Of a DNA stretch of 64,000 nucleotides, positions 13,321 through 29,150 are shown in pieces; positions within the stretch are counted from its first letter, which is position 1; every line of letters starts with the position of its first letter. The stretch is from the human T2T-CHM13v2.0 reference genome, Homo sapiens. The stretch is from assembly GCF_009914755.1 (NCBI RefSeq), contig NC_060930.1. One strand, given 5' to 3'. The notes under the pieces are model-generated. The model was given only the letters and a program-made list of their open reading frames with translations, did not search any database and was not told the DNA's origin. The translations under genes and the position numbers were made by a program.

Positions 13321-13691
13321 GGGAGACTGGACTCGACCGAACTGAAGGAAGGGACCAAACCTCGGTGAACTCTGCAACCCTCTCCCGAACACTCCTTCTC
13401 GCTGCTGCCGGCGGTTCCAGCCTGCAAACTCAGAGGGGGCTGCCTGGATCCAGTCCCCAGCAGGAGAACCGACCTGGGGACAAAGCGGAGGCACCCAAAG
13501 GGCAGGAGCAATGCCGCCTGGAGACTATTCGTGATCCCAAGGACACCCCTTTCTCCACCTGCTCCTCCTCCTCTGACTCGGAACCTGAAGGATTTTTCTT
13601 AGGCGAGCGCCTTCCCCAGTCCTGGAAGACCCCCGGAAGCCTCCAAGCAGAGGACAGCAACGCCTCTAAGACGCACTGCACCATGTGCTAG
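13321..13691 (+). CDS. PRICKLE4: PRICKLE4 last coding exon
   Basis: aacag|GG in phase 1; contains the Prickle motif STCSSSSDSEPEGFFLG; ends HCTMC-TAG; total CDS 1158 nt = 385 aa. Confidence 0.88.
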
Positions 13692-14259
13692 TGGCGCAGC
13701 TCAGAGAGGGGATGTGAGTGGGAGGAAAGGGGTCTGTAAAGCGGGAGAACAAGGCTAGCCTCCCCCTAACAATCCTAGACTGAGACGCAGTCAGGCGCAC
13801 GCCCGCAAGAGGCGGCGAGGTGACAAGTTTGGAGTGCGCCCCCTTCAGTACTGCGCGTTCTAAGACTTTTGGCGGAGACTTTCTTGGCAAAACCCATTCC
13901 CCAAAGCTACGCTTCCCCTGCTGAGATAGCCCCTACCCCCACCTCCACAGGCTGGGACAGCCCCGTCCCCACCATCCTCCTCCCAAGCCAATTAAATGAT
14001 CACAGCACGCGTGACAGTTACCGGCTGGAGAGCCGGAGGTGGGACCGGGAGCAGGGGACCGTAGAACCGGGCCGCGCTCCTCCCCTCCTAGAGTTCGTGG
14101 AGGCGCAGCAGAGGGCCGTCCCTCTTCCGGATGTCGGACTAAGCGAACAGCGCCCCCACTGCCGGCCGGTAGCAGCCGGAAGTGCCAGACCGGAGGTGCG
14201 TCATTCACCGGCGACGCCGATACGGTTCCTCCACCGAGGCCCATGCGAAGCTTTCCACT

Positions 14260-14387
14260 ATGGCTTCCAGCACTGTCCCGGTGAGCGCTGCTGGCTCGGC
14301 TAATGAAACTCCCGAAATACCGGACAACGTGGGAGATTGGCTTCGGGGCGTCTACCGCTTTGCCACTGATAGGAATGACTTCCGGAG
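14260..14387 (+). CDS. TOMM6: TOMM6 coding exon 1
   Basis: ACT ATG G; MASSTVPVSAAGSANETPEIPDNVGDWLRGVYRFATDRNDFRR; AG|gtaacc. Confidence 0.97.
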
Positions 14388-14665
14388 GTAACCGAGCCCG
14401 AGGAACTTGGTCCTTTTCTGGCCCTTAAATCCGTATTTCCCCTTTCTTGCGAGGCTGGCGCCTCAGGGTTTTTTGTTTTTGTTTTTTAACATTACCAGCA
14501 TTGTGGCGTCTTCGTAGCTCTGGCTGTGCCTTACTGAGATCCCTGGCCAGGAGAGTTCCCGTGTGGCAAAAGCGATCTTTCTGTCATGTGGCTGTATCTG
14601 TAATGTCACCCTGATCAAGGGAAGAAGTGCTAGCACGTAAACAGGCTTTTTCGGCCCTGGACTAG

Positions 14666-15607
<942 letters not shown>

Positions 15608-15796
15608 CTGACCTTACACTTACTAGGCACAAAAATGAACTCCAAATTCCCACGTGGGTCTTGAGCAACCTGCCGTCACAACCACGTATCAACGCCTCGG
15701 GAAGGTGGTGATGGAAGCCTTTCCCCCCAGTACATTTCGTTAACTGTACAACTGACTCAGTGACCACAGGGTTAATAAAACACATTGTTTTTCCAG

Positions 15797-15893
15797 GAAC
15801 TTGATACTAAATTTGGGACTCTTTGCTGCGGGAGTTTGGCTGGCCAGGAACTTGAGTGACATTGACCTCATGGCACCTCAGCCAGGGGTGTAG
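15797..15893 (+). CDS. TOMM6: TOMM6 coding exon 2 (transmembrane segment)
   Basis: ccag|G AAC..; NLILNLGLFAAGVWLARNLSDIDLMAPQPGV-TAG; total 74 aa. Confidence 0.97.
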
Positions 15894-16132
15894 CCAAGTA
15901 GGTAAGCACTGAACTACACCCATGCGTGTCTTAGGAGACCTAGAGACTGGGTGAAGCAATGTTTTCTGTCAAGTATTCATGAAATGTACAAAAGAATGTG
16001 ATGTAAAACCCTTAACTATTCCTAGTTAAATGTGTTTTCAGATGTTGAAAGGGATTTAAGTATCTCTTACCAGTTTCCCTCCCATACTTTTACAGTTCTA
16101 ATGCCACCTGTCGTCTTATCATCTGATTGCAG

Positions 16133-16460
16133 ACAAATGGAATCCTGTGCTGAACCCGAATCTTCCAAAAAACAGCCTACAATCTGTGACCACCACAAGA
16201 TGTGCCCTGATGGCAGCTGAAGTTTGATTCAGATGGGCACTTTTCTTCCCCTTCCCTGCCTAGTTTCCTTTTGTTCCTTGAGTCCACGCAGAATTCCATT
16301 CTCTGGTCAGCAGACAGGCTTAAGCTAAAGTATTGCCTCTATTCTGTAAAGTTCTGTACATAGTTCCCAAGCTTCTGCAGGGGGTGATTTTTGCTCTTGT
16401 CCTGAGAAATAACAGTGCTGTTTTAAAAAACATTTGAAATAAATACCGCACACAAAGGCA
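16133..16460 (+). other. TOMM6: TOMM6 non-coding last exon (3'UTR)
   Basis: Donor TAG|gtaagc at 15901; acceptors tttacag 16095 or ttgcag 16132; AATAAA at 16438. Confidence 0.7.
16438..16443 (+). terminator. TOMM6 poly(A) signal AATAAA
   Basis: Canonical hexamer followed by CA dinucleotides and a T-rich tract at 16465-16476. Confidence 0.85.
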
Positions 16461-16465
16461 GTCAT

Positions 16466-16471
16466 TTTATT
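16466..16471 (-). terminator. USP49 distal poly(A) signal (AATAAA on minus)
   Basis: TTTATT on plus; U/GU-rich downstream on minus; a second hexamer at 16674-16679. Confidence 0.8.
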
Positions 16472-19400
16472 CTTTTAATAAGAAACTTTTGCTTACAAAA
16501 ACAAGGTGTAAAAAGATTTACAAAAATCATAAAAACATGATTTATATTTCACACTTGAGAGACAAAAACAAGCCCCAAAACATGGATTTTAATGGAGGTG
16601 GTTTGCTTCATTTTAAAAGGGAAAAAAAAAAAAGGAAGCTGTAACCATACATTGATGTTAACATAGCATGAAGTTTATTCTTGAAGAATTTACATTGTTG
16701 AGCAATATTAGGGGAAGAAGCCATTTGGTGTTGCATAGCATTTTAGTGCACCAGATGGGTTTTCCAGACACCAGGGAGGCATCATTGCTGGAATAGTGAG
16801 GTTTGGTGGCAGAAAGAGGGCAGTGATGTGTAGGGGGAGGCAAAGTGAAGTAAGCCTGGGCAGTGGTCACTAAAGTGACACTGCTGAGGCAGCTGCTTCC
16901 TTCAGAAGGAAATGTTTTGTGACCCTAAAATTCATGGTAGTGCTACTGTCCAGGGTTTGGGGGCTCTTTGGAAATGGAGTATGTACGGAACTGGCATGTA
17001 TAGACTTATATAGCCATAGAAAGAGGTGGATAGAAACAGGTCCACCATGGCAATATTTTTTTCTGGCCAGTTTACTAGGCATTAAAAAAAATACTGCTTT
17101 TATGTGCCAAGTCTCTTATGGAACTAGTATGGGATTAAAGGACGTTAATTGGAAAGGAGGGTCAGTATATAAGGACCACAGTGGCCTGTTAAGGATGACA
17201 GATGTCTCTAGCAGTTTGTTCACTACTAAAGTTAAACAGGACAAAATAGTCTTTCCTGACCTTGCTGGCATAAATATTAAGAAAATTGTTTGAGAATTAG
17301 ATTTTTTTAGTATGTATATAAAAACAGCACCATTCTTTGTATAAATCAGATAGATCTTATCTGATAGATGAAGCTAAGACCCTTTGAGTCTACACTGGGT
17401 TGACTCTGAGAGGTTTATATCTTATTGGGTATTAAGATAAAGAAGGGTCACATGAGAGCAAAGCTTAGCTTTGAAGCCATCACCTCCCAAATGGTGACCA
17501 AGGAGGAAACTTTTAAGCCATAGTATAGATGCTAACCCCCATTTAGACCTGCATCAGATCACTTGCTAAGACAAGAAATACCAGCACCTCCTGTTCTTTA
17601 TAGGAATGAAACTTAGATCCTTAAAGGCTGCTACCTGATATACTCATGACTGGACAGTTTTGATAAAAACTTCCAAAATTGAAAATCAAAATCCAGCAAG
17701 AATTAAGACATGGCAGCTTCCAAAAGCATAATTCAAATTTCATTCAAAATTTACTGTTTTGGCTTCAAGTAAGTGTTTACTGTTGGTTGGGTTTTAAAGC
17801 CATAATTATGGTTGAGTAAGGATTCATTTATTTATTTATTAAATTTTTATACATTTTTGAAAAGATTTCAAATCTATGTTTCCCAGGCTGGTCTTGAGCT
17901 CCTGGCCTCAAGCAATCCTCCCACCTTGGCCTCCCAAAGTGTTGGGATTACAGGTGCTAGCCAACTGCATCCAGCCAATGTTTCATTTCAACTGGCTTAA
18001 ATCTTCAAAGTGGTTAAGAATTTAGTAAATAAAACTACTTAATCTACAACTTTCAAAAATTGATGAGTAATCACTAATTCTGTAAATGAAGGAGTTGGAC
18101 TTCACTATTGCCAAAGCAACATTTTCCCCAAGGAAAGTCAATTTGATATCCTGTCACACTTTTCAGCCCTGGCTAGTTAACACAGTACTATGAAAATCTT
18201 TAGCTAGATTTTAAACGAAATATGCCAGCAGAAGTATGGAATGAGTCCACAAAAATGAGTGCCTGCCACAATGCTATAGTAGCTATGGTGTATTTAGTGC
18301 AGAGTGTGGGATGAATAAGTACATAGTAATTAAAGTCATAGTCCTGGCCCAACAGAACAGTTACTAAATGTAAGATACAAACTAAACTCACAGTCATATT
18401 TAGAAGGCGCTTTTCAGCTTTAGCACTGACTTAAAAAGTCTGAACCACCAGGAAGATGCGTACTTAACTGGTTAAAAAATTAAGTGGCCCTGGAAAGTTT
18501 TACCCCAAAGATACAACTTCTTCACTTATTTAGTTCAGTAATGAGGCTGAGGGACCCAATTTTCAAGTGTGCATTTGAGTGGGAAACTTTTAAACACCAT
18601 ATGTTGAAGTTTCATGAGCTCAGTGGAAACCTTAAGGTCAGAGTAAAAGAAACTGGCTGTAAACAGCCCTGCAGTGAAGAGACTGGGTCTTAGCACCTTC
18701 CACATTCACTCAGCGCCATCTCAGTCAGCGCCTGCCAGGGAAAGGGCATGGAGAGCTGGGACGGGTGCCTTCTCTTTTGCACCACTCCCTTTGCATATTA
18801 CACAGTGCACTGGCTTGCCTTACAATCTAAGGTTCACATACAGGGGGTTTTCTATACTGCTTCCGGACATTTTTTGCAAAAGAACATCAGAACCAATGAA
18901 GGTACCATTTCAGGAGGAATCATTTTTGTTTGACTTCTGCTATATGTTGCCCAGCATTAGTCATTGTTTTGATAAAGACTAAAAGGCCTTTTCTCAACAT
19001 TTGTGCTCTCCCAACCACCTGGGAAAGCAACCCTTCCACTCACAAGAGGTAACCTCAGATAGGGATATAGTATTCATTTAAGAAGGGGTAGCCCCCCCAG
19101 CCTGATTTAAAAAGGCCCAAGTCAATGTATGGAACATGACAAGGGAAGTGAAAAACAATGGAGTACACAGTCTGCCTTGAAAAGCAGCCATTTGATGAAC
19201 AGTCACAAATACAAAGAATTTGGACATTGTAACATAATTTCAGAACTTGCTGGTAAGAATAATTTGCATTCACACACAAGAGACATGAAATGCTTTTTAA
19301 AAGTCTGTGATACCAGATGTCCTTTAAACACTACACAGACCCATTTGCCACTTGAAATGACAAGAAGAAATCCTTTCCCTTAATCTTTTCAATTCCATGC

Positions 19401-19647
19401 AAACCGTAATTGAGTACAAGGCACCAAATTTTATGAATTGTATAAAATTAGTTCACAAAGCTTTATCAGTAAGTAGAACAAACTCCATTTCTCCCTCCCG
19501 GCCAGCCCACCCTCCTCCCACCCACCACCCGCCATCCCCGACCAAGTTTTCATTCTGCACTACTGTCGACCTCTCTAGGGCTTATGCTGGGGCATGCCCC
19601 ACTGTCAGCCAATCCACCTCATTGGTTCTTCCCTTGTACTTGGATGA

Positions 19648-20125
<478 letters not shown>

Positions 20126-23098
20126 GGAAATTCTTTACAGTGTAGCACTGCCCCCCAACCCTGCCCCATAACTCCGAGACTGAGGGGCTGGATCAAAGCT
20201 GGCAAGAGCTCTGTCCACCATTTAATAAGAGCTTCAGTTCTGCCAAGGGCATTCCTAACTATTTTTATACTAGCATGGATGTTCGTCTCAGAGGCAACCA
20301 CAGATATGAGGGTCAGGCTAGATTGAGGTAAAAAAAAATCCTTTTTGAGGGCCTAGGTGCACTCATCTTGGCTGGCTACAGCAGCAAGTAAACATGCCAG
20401 CCAACTAACTACAAAGGGTTCCTGGAATGAGACTCTTAACTACTTGCCCTGGGAGAGAAGCAGGCCCATTAAGGTTCGGTTAGGAGACCTTGGGTTTGAT
20501 TTGGCAGCATCTAGTCAGTTTTTACCTGGTTCTTATTTTCTTCTCTTTAGAATGATTCAATTTCAGATGCAACTGAGACATTCATCTATACCCAGTACGT
20601 AAATAAATTAAAGGCAAAGGGACATTTCCCTCACAATAGCCATTGGCTTATGCAGCAGGGAACTCTTCTTTAATAAAAATCTCCTTAAATACTAACGTCC
20701 TAAGTGTCCAGTGCTGCCGCCTCTGGGTACCTGAGGTGTCTGTAACTGCAGTGGGCACCTTTCACAAATGTGTAGCTCAGTGGAGACTCTGATGTTAGTT
20801 TCTTTTATTACTTTGATATATGCGTGCTCAGCTAAGTTAAGCACTTATTTCACAAAGTCCTTAATCTGCTTAATAAATCCTTATAATATTTGGTATAAAA
20901 CTATTTTTAAAAATTAAATTGGAAGATCTTTGAATTTTCCATTAAATGTTTATTAATAATTATCCCCACTGGACAGCCTGAGGGGTAAAGTAGATGCTCT
21001 ATTAGTTCTTCTCTATCTTGTAAGTTCTTTTTTTCTAGAATAATAAATATAGGATTCAATGAAAGATGAGGCACGATTCATAGTTTCCTTTCCTTTTTAC
21101 TCTCCTTGGTTTTTTTGAGTTAATGGGCTTTTCTATTGCCACAAAAAGTCATTACTAATCATGCCGACTTAAAAACGTGGATCTTGAGAGTACAGCTTCA
21201 CATCAGAGCCTCTGGCAGCATGGACAGCGGTGACACTTTAAAACAGTGTCCAGGAGAGGGTGAGCCCAGGCAAAGCTTATACAAAGAAGCCTGCAGTAGA
21301 CAATATAAACCAAACAGCATAAAAAATGCCATACGCTATCGCTTCCAAATAAAAGCTAAATATTACAGAAACCTCACAGTGTTGGAAAAAGCAAGTTTAA
21401 TTTAAAATATAGTCACTCCTTCCCTATCAGGGTGAGCCATTTTTTGTCTGAATTTCCTCCATGTCTCAGTGCTGCCTGGCAGGGCCTATGGGAGAGTTCA
21501 TCTCAAAAGAGGTCAACAGCAAATGCTACAGATCTGTGTGGGAAATGTGGCTCATCAACATTGCTAAAGCTATAACCCTCATTCTTTAGCCTGGCTTTCC
21601 CCACTTCCCACTCCTCCCCGAACGCCCTTCCACATCTACTCCCTTCAAGTGACAACTGTACTTCTACCTGAATTCAAACATTAATATGATATACTCAGTC
21701 AAAAGATGAGCATTCATAGTGACAGGTTGAGTGAGGCTCACTGCAGTGACCACAGCAACAAAAGTTAGGGTTTGCATTCACTTTCACCAGCAAATCTAAG
21801 TGAAGAACTAAGAATGAAGTGGTGCCTGATGGGGACAAGGGTTTTTATCTGGGCAATTTCATTCTGTTTAGAAACTGACCCAATTTAAAAAGGAAGATGT
21901 ATTTTACTAGCACTGGGGGAAAGGACGGGGCACTCTTGTTTTTTTCTCTGATGGACTGAGTATGGGGGGTAAAGCAACAGTAGGGATTATCAGATTTGGG
22001 AGGAAACAGGTCAAGGCCATTGGTAATCAACTCTTCAGATATGTACGAGGTGGACTCCTAAGCAGTTAACATACCCTAGAGAACCAAAAGCTCCCAAACC
22101 CTGTGAACATGAATGTTCTAGCTCTCCAGGAGCAAGAAAGAAGCTGCAGGCTAAGAAGCTGCATGCCGCACTGAAGTGAGAACGGGTGACAGGCCTTCAA
22201 TAAGCCCTGGAGCATCAGCTATCTCTGCCCACCCTCAATTGAGTTCTGAGAAAACCTAAGAATCAATTTAAACCAAACCATGTGCTTGCCCTAGACCTGA
22301 ACCAGGGATCTGCTACAGAACTGAGATAGCCAGGAGTGTCCTTTGGCTCAGCATGGAACATGTGCTAGTCTATTGCTTCTTTATATGACCTGCCCCTTCT
22401 TTAGAATGAAGGGGTATTCATGCCAGTCTCAGAAGTATGGAATGATTAAATGACAGCAGCAAGTAGGGAGGGTATGACATATGAAAACCATCCCACTTTG
22501 CATGGGGAAATTTGTTCCATGCATCTCACTCCACTCTTCAGCTGCTATCCCCAAAAAAGGAAGTTTGTTTTAAACCCTTGAAGGTTACTTCCTTTGTGGG
22601 AATAAACCCTTTAGACTTCATCTCCCATCTTGGAGCCAATCCCATCCAGCAAACTGCTAGCCCAGGGCCCCTCCTCACGTGCTCTGTCCAGGACTGCTCA
22701 CATCCGGAGGGTTCTTCTGGTGCTGCAAGGAGGTCCTGATTAGCAGGGGAATCACATCATGGAGAGAAAACATGGCTGCTCTCCTGTGTGGATATGATTG
22801 ATTTACCCCCCCGCCCCGCTTTCCTCCACCCAGATCCCTCTATATTCAGAAGCAACTGATGAAAGGATCTTCATAGAAGTTACTTCTTTTGTTTTTAGGA
22901 AAGGAGGAAACTCCCAAACTCATTCAAAAGAAAGAGACTATAAAATTTACGACAGGACACGAATCACCTGGCACCTTCTACTCTAGACCCAGCAAGGCAA
23001 ACCTAGTAATCTGTTCCTGCAGTAGCCTTATTTCCTATAAGAGGAAAGATGTATGGACACCAATACACAAAAGCCAGTCTTTGATACATGCCTCCCAT

Positions 23099-23289
23099 TC
23101 AGGAAAATGTCTGTGGTCTGCCTTCATCATTGTTGCTGGACTGCACCTGAGCTTGGAGATGGGTTTCTGAGATTCTTGCATTGCCCTGCACTGTTCTTTG
23201 AGTGTAAAAAAGGATGTAGGCCTGGGTTTTGCACACTTCCTCGACACTGCATACATTCAGCTTTGAGTCATTGCAGTGGACCCAAAAAC
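23099..23289 (-). CDS. USP49: USP49 last coding exon
   Basis: ctag|GT TTT TGG; [31 protein letters not shown]...QTFS-TGA; total CDS 2067 nt = 688 aa. Confidence 0.97.
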
Positions 23290-23510
23290 CTAGGAAACCA
23301 AAGGAGAAAAAGAGAGAAAATGACTACCCAATTCATATTTTAGTCAGCAGGCAAAATCAGGAGATGAAGAAAGGGACAGAGAAGTTCTGAATAGAGCCAA
23401 CCCTCGATTATTGGTGGGGAAGGGACAGGTAAATGAAACTGACAGACTTTTGTGTATCCACTGGCTTTAACCCCACCAAGCCCCACGGTACTGCTTATCG
23501 ACTGACTGCA

Positions 23511-25968
<2,458 letters not shown>

Positions 25969-26391
25969 CATTTATTTGCTGTTAATGTTCCATGAAGTAC
26001 TCTAAACCTAGAGATCCCTAAACAAGCAATTCAAGCAACAGTCTTTTTGTAGTTTCCTGCCTGTGCTTCTTTTGCAGATTATTTTATACTTCATCCTGAA
26101 GATGAATCTACATAAGTCCAAGCCAGGCTAGAAAATCTTTAAGCACAGACACCCAGTGCAGGCTGGATAATTAATTACACAGGAGCATGAGAGCAAAAGC
26201 CCAGTCCTGCTGGGCTCCCACATCAATTTGCCTTAGTGGATGTGAACAGTTTAATCTCCATGGAAAACACGAGGTCTCAAGTGAACAGGCTTCCCCTCCC
26301 AACACCATAGAAGACATTTGCCCTCACCAAAGCCTTTGGAGCAGCTATTCCCACAGCTCTCACCCAGCTGGGACTCCCACAGCAAGCTCAC

Positions 26392-26500
26392 CTGAATCTT
26401 TTAAGGTGCAGCCGGAGAACCTGAGGTAGTCTGTAGATCATTAACTGCTTTCTAGCTTCACTCAGAACAAGGGGTTTGGGATTGGATTTTCGTCGTTTGC
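26392..26500 (-). CDS. USP49: USP49 coding exon 3
   Basis: catag|GC..AG|gtgagc, 109 nt; [36 protein letters not shown]. Confidence 0.97.
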
Positions 26501-26614
26501 CTATGTGGTTTGGGAAGGTATAAGACATAGGTTGTGAGGAGTTTTTTCTAGCTATGGCAGAGACAGTGACTTGCCATTCAATATGCATTCTCCATATTTC
26601 TCAGTATCTGAACC

Positions 26615-27010
26615 TCAATTTTTTGGGGGGCGCAATGTGACACTCTTTATGACTGCATTTCCCAGCTTCACACGCCTGCATGGTGTGGCCATGGAAGTTC
26701 TGGCTAAGATGAAAGGAATGACTGTGTGGGACTCTGCTTAGACAGGGCTGACTCAGTTGTAAGGCACATCCCTTTGGCCTTCCCACTATCTGAAACTGCT
26801 GGAATTCCTCCTGGACCAAAAGGTAACTTTGAAGACAGAAGTCTTGCAATGGGATAGTAAAACAGAAAACAGAAATAGCTTGGGTCACTGATGACCATGC
26901 AGCCACCATGCTGGCCCTGAATGTCCTTCAGACTTGTTTTATGTAACAGAACAATAAAATCTCTCATTTTAAGTCATTGTTATTTGGGTCGACTGTTACA
27001 AGCAACTCAA
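26615..27010 (+). mobile_element. Old ERVL-MaLR LTR (MLT1-like)
   Basis: CTGCATTTCCCAGC..TGTGGCCATG..GCAGCCACCATG..AATAAA..TTAAGTCATTGTTATTTGGGT..TGTTACAAGCA pattern. Confidence 0.65.
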
Positions 27011-28943
27011 ATCTTTCCAATTTTTGCCATCAGCAACTTTGCGTATAATGGAATATAATGGAACGTGCAGCAGCAAGCACATAGAGTAGAAGCATATGTT
27101 AAGGTTCCATGTCTTCACAATGGCTTATAACTTCAATTATGATACCCCACAATATGATTTTAAAAAGCTTTTTGTTTGCACTAGGTAAGCCTAATTCTAC
27201 TTCCTGCTCACAACTAGTTGTGTGCTAATGGATAAGTTATTCAAAACTCTGAACCTCAGTTTCCTCACCAGTAAAATAGGAAATAATGCATATCTTTCAG
27301 GCTTAGGAAAAAAAGGATAAGATTACTAAATGACAGAGTATTTAAACACATTTTTTTCTTTAGCATGATTTGCTTATGGCATATTCAAACATTTAGAAAA
27401 TAAACTGTTTTATATTTTTATGCTGTGCGTAGTTTTTGAAACATATTTCCTAGATAAAAGCACATTGCTGGACATGCAAGGACAAAGCTGACAGGTAGGC
27501 TAAATTCATCTACTCCAAAGCAGAACCAGTGATCAGTCTCTAATTTTGTTTCTAACTGTGGGGGAAATGCATTTCTCGAAGTCCTGGCTTCAAGCAGTCC
27601 TCCCACCTTGGCCTCCCAAAGTGTTGGGATTATGGGTGTGAGCCCACTGTGCCCAGCCTTGAGGAAATGCATTTCTAAATTTCAGCAAATAAATAATGGA
27701 AATAGAGTTCTCTTAGTTTCTATCAGAAGCCTTTCCTGTAACCATTTACTGATGACTGTTTTGTTATATTAAATTGGTAAATGGATGAGAGTAGAAAATT
27801 AGTGGTCTACTGCAGTCCCTGTTAATTGTCTTGAGCTGTTGATATCATGGGCTCAGTGTTTGAAGAGCAGCTGGGCATCTGATTCCAAGTCCTGTCTGTA
27901 CTACTCATGAAAGGTAGCAAATCACAGCCAGATGATGTATCACAGAGCTTTCTGTGACAATAGGATGTGGAGGTGTAACTTCTCATAATAGACTGCATCA
28001 GAATGAGTGTGCCATAGGAGAAGCTTTTACCAGGGTGTAGTCGTCACAATACGTGGGGGCATGAACAGAAATGGAATTCACAGAGGGGCTTGGCCTTATT
28101 TTATATTCCTATTCACCATTTTTTTGAAAATTACTGCAGCTCTGGCTAGGAATCCTGGCAGTGACTGCCACCTTCAGCAGAGGGAGTATGTGAGCTAAGA
28201 TGAAGACAATATAGAGTCAGGCTTTGTTTCCCTAAAATGAAATTCACAAAGAAAAAGAAATTACTGATTCAACTGAGATTGATCAGTTCTGTCTCCATTT
28301 CATTAAGCTGGCCAGGAAGACAGGTAGAAGACTGACAGTTTTGAAACTTCACAGGCAACAGATCAATGCATCTCATCCCCTCACCATAGGTTTCCTTCTC
28401 TGCCATTATTTGTACTTGCCTAGAGAAATCCTGATAAATTGGCATATCTGACAACCAAAGAACAATCCTTTCTTGTAAAGATAAACAAAAGTTATTTCTT
28501 GCCTAATCTATCATATCCAAAAATGATGGAGTTAAAGCTGTTAATATTCTTTTGTTCCTTACAAGTAAAAGGCTTCAGGAATCACTGTTTTTTTTTTTTT
28601 AAATATTACTCTAATGAAACAATTTGATTCACCTGACTCTGTATCTCAAAATGGAACAGGATAGGTGAGTCTATAGTTAACCAGGTATAAAATTTCAAAT
28701 TTTGTTTTGAAATGGCAAAATGATATCGAGCATAACTTTGTGGTTTTTGTTTTTGTTTTTATTTTCCGTAAAAGAGGTCTTGCTATGCCACCAGGCTGGT
28801 CTCAAACTCCTGGCTTCAGGCAATCCTCCTGCCTTGGCCTCCCAAAGTGTTGGGATTACAGGTATGAGCCACTACACCTGGCCTCAAGCCTGACTTTTGA
28901 TTTTTGTTCTGATTCTTCAAAGAGCGGAACAGGTTTCCCACAA

Positions 28944-29150
28944 TTTATTTTATTTTATTTTATTTTATTTTATTTTATTTTTTATTTTATTTTATTTTAT
29001 TTTATTTATTTATTTATTTATTTATTTATTTTTTTTTTTTTTTTTTTTTGAGACAGCATCTCGCTCTGTCACCCAGGCTGGAGTGCAGTGGCGCCCACCT
29101 TGGGGTCTCCCAAAGTCCTGGGATTACAGGCATGAGCCACTGCACCTGGC
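28944..29150 (-). repeat. (TTTTA)n(TTTA)n-polyT microsatellite plus internally deleted Alu
   Basis: ~105 nt expanded tail; Alu right arm fused directly to the left-arm end. Confidence 0.9.

Larger units (their letters stand above)
12700..14480. promoter_or_regulatory. CpG island covering the PRICKLE4 3' end and TOMM6 promoter
   Basis: High CpG; ETS/GABP sites CCGGAAGTG 14176-14184 and CTTCCGGATGT 14124-14134, typical of nuclear-encoded mitochondrial genes. Confidence 0.85.

Noticed and set aside
12315-13511. 398-aa antisense ORF over PRICKLE4
   Set aside because: GC-rich antisense shadow with no recognisable family
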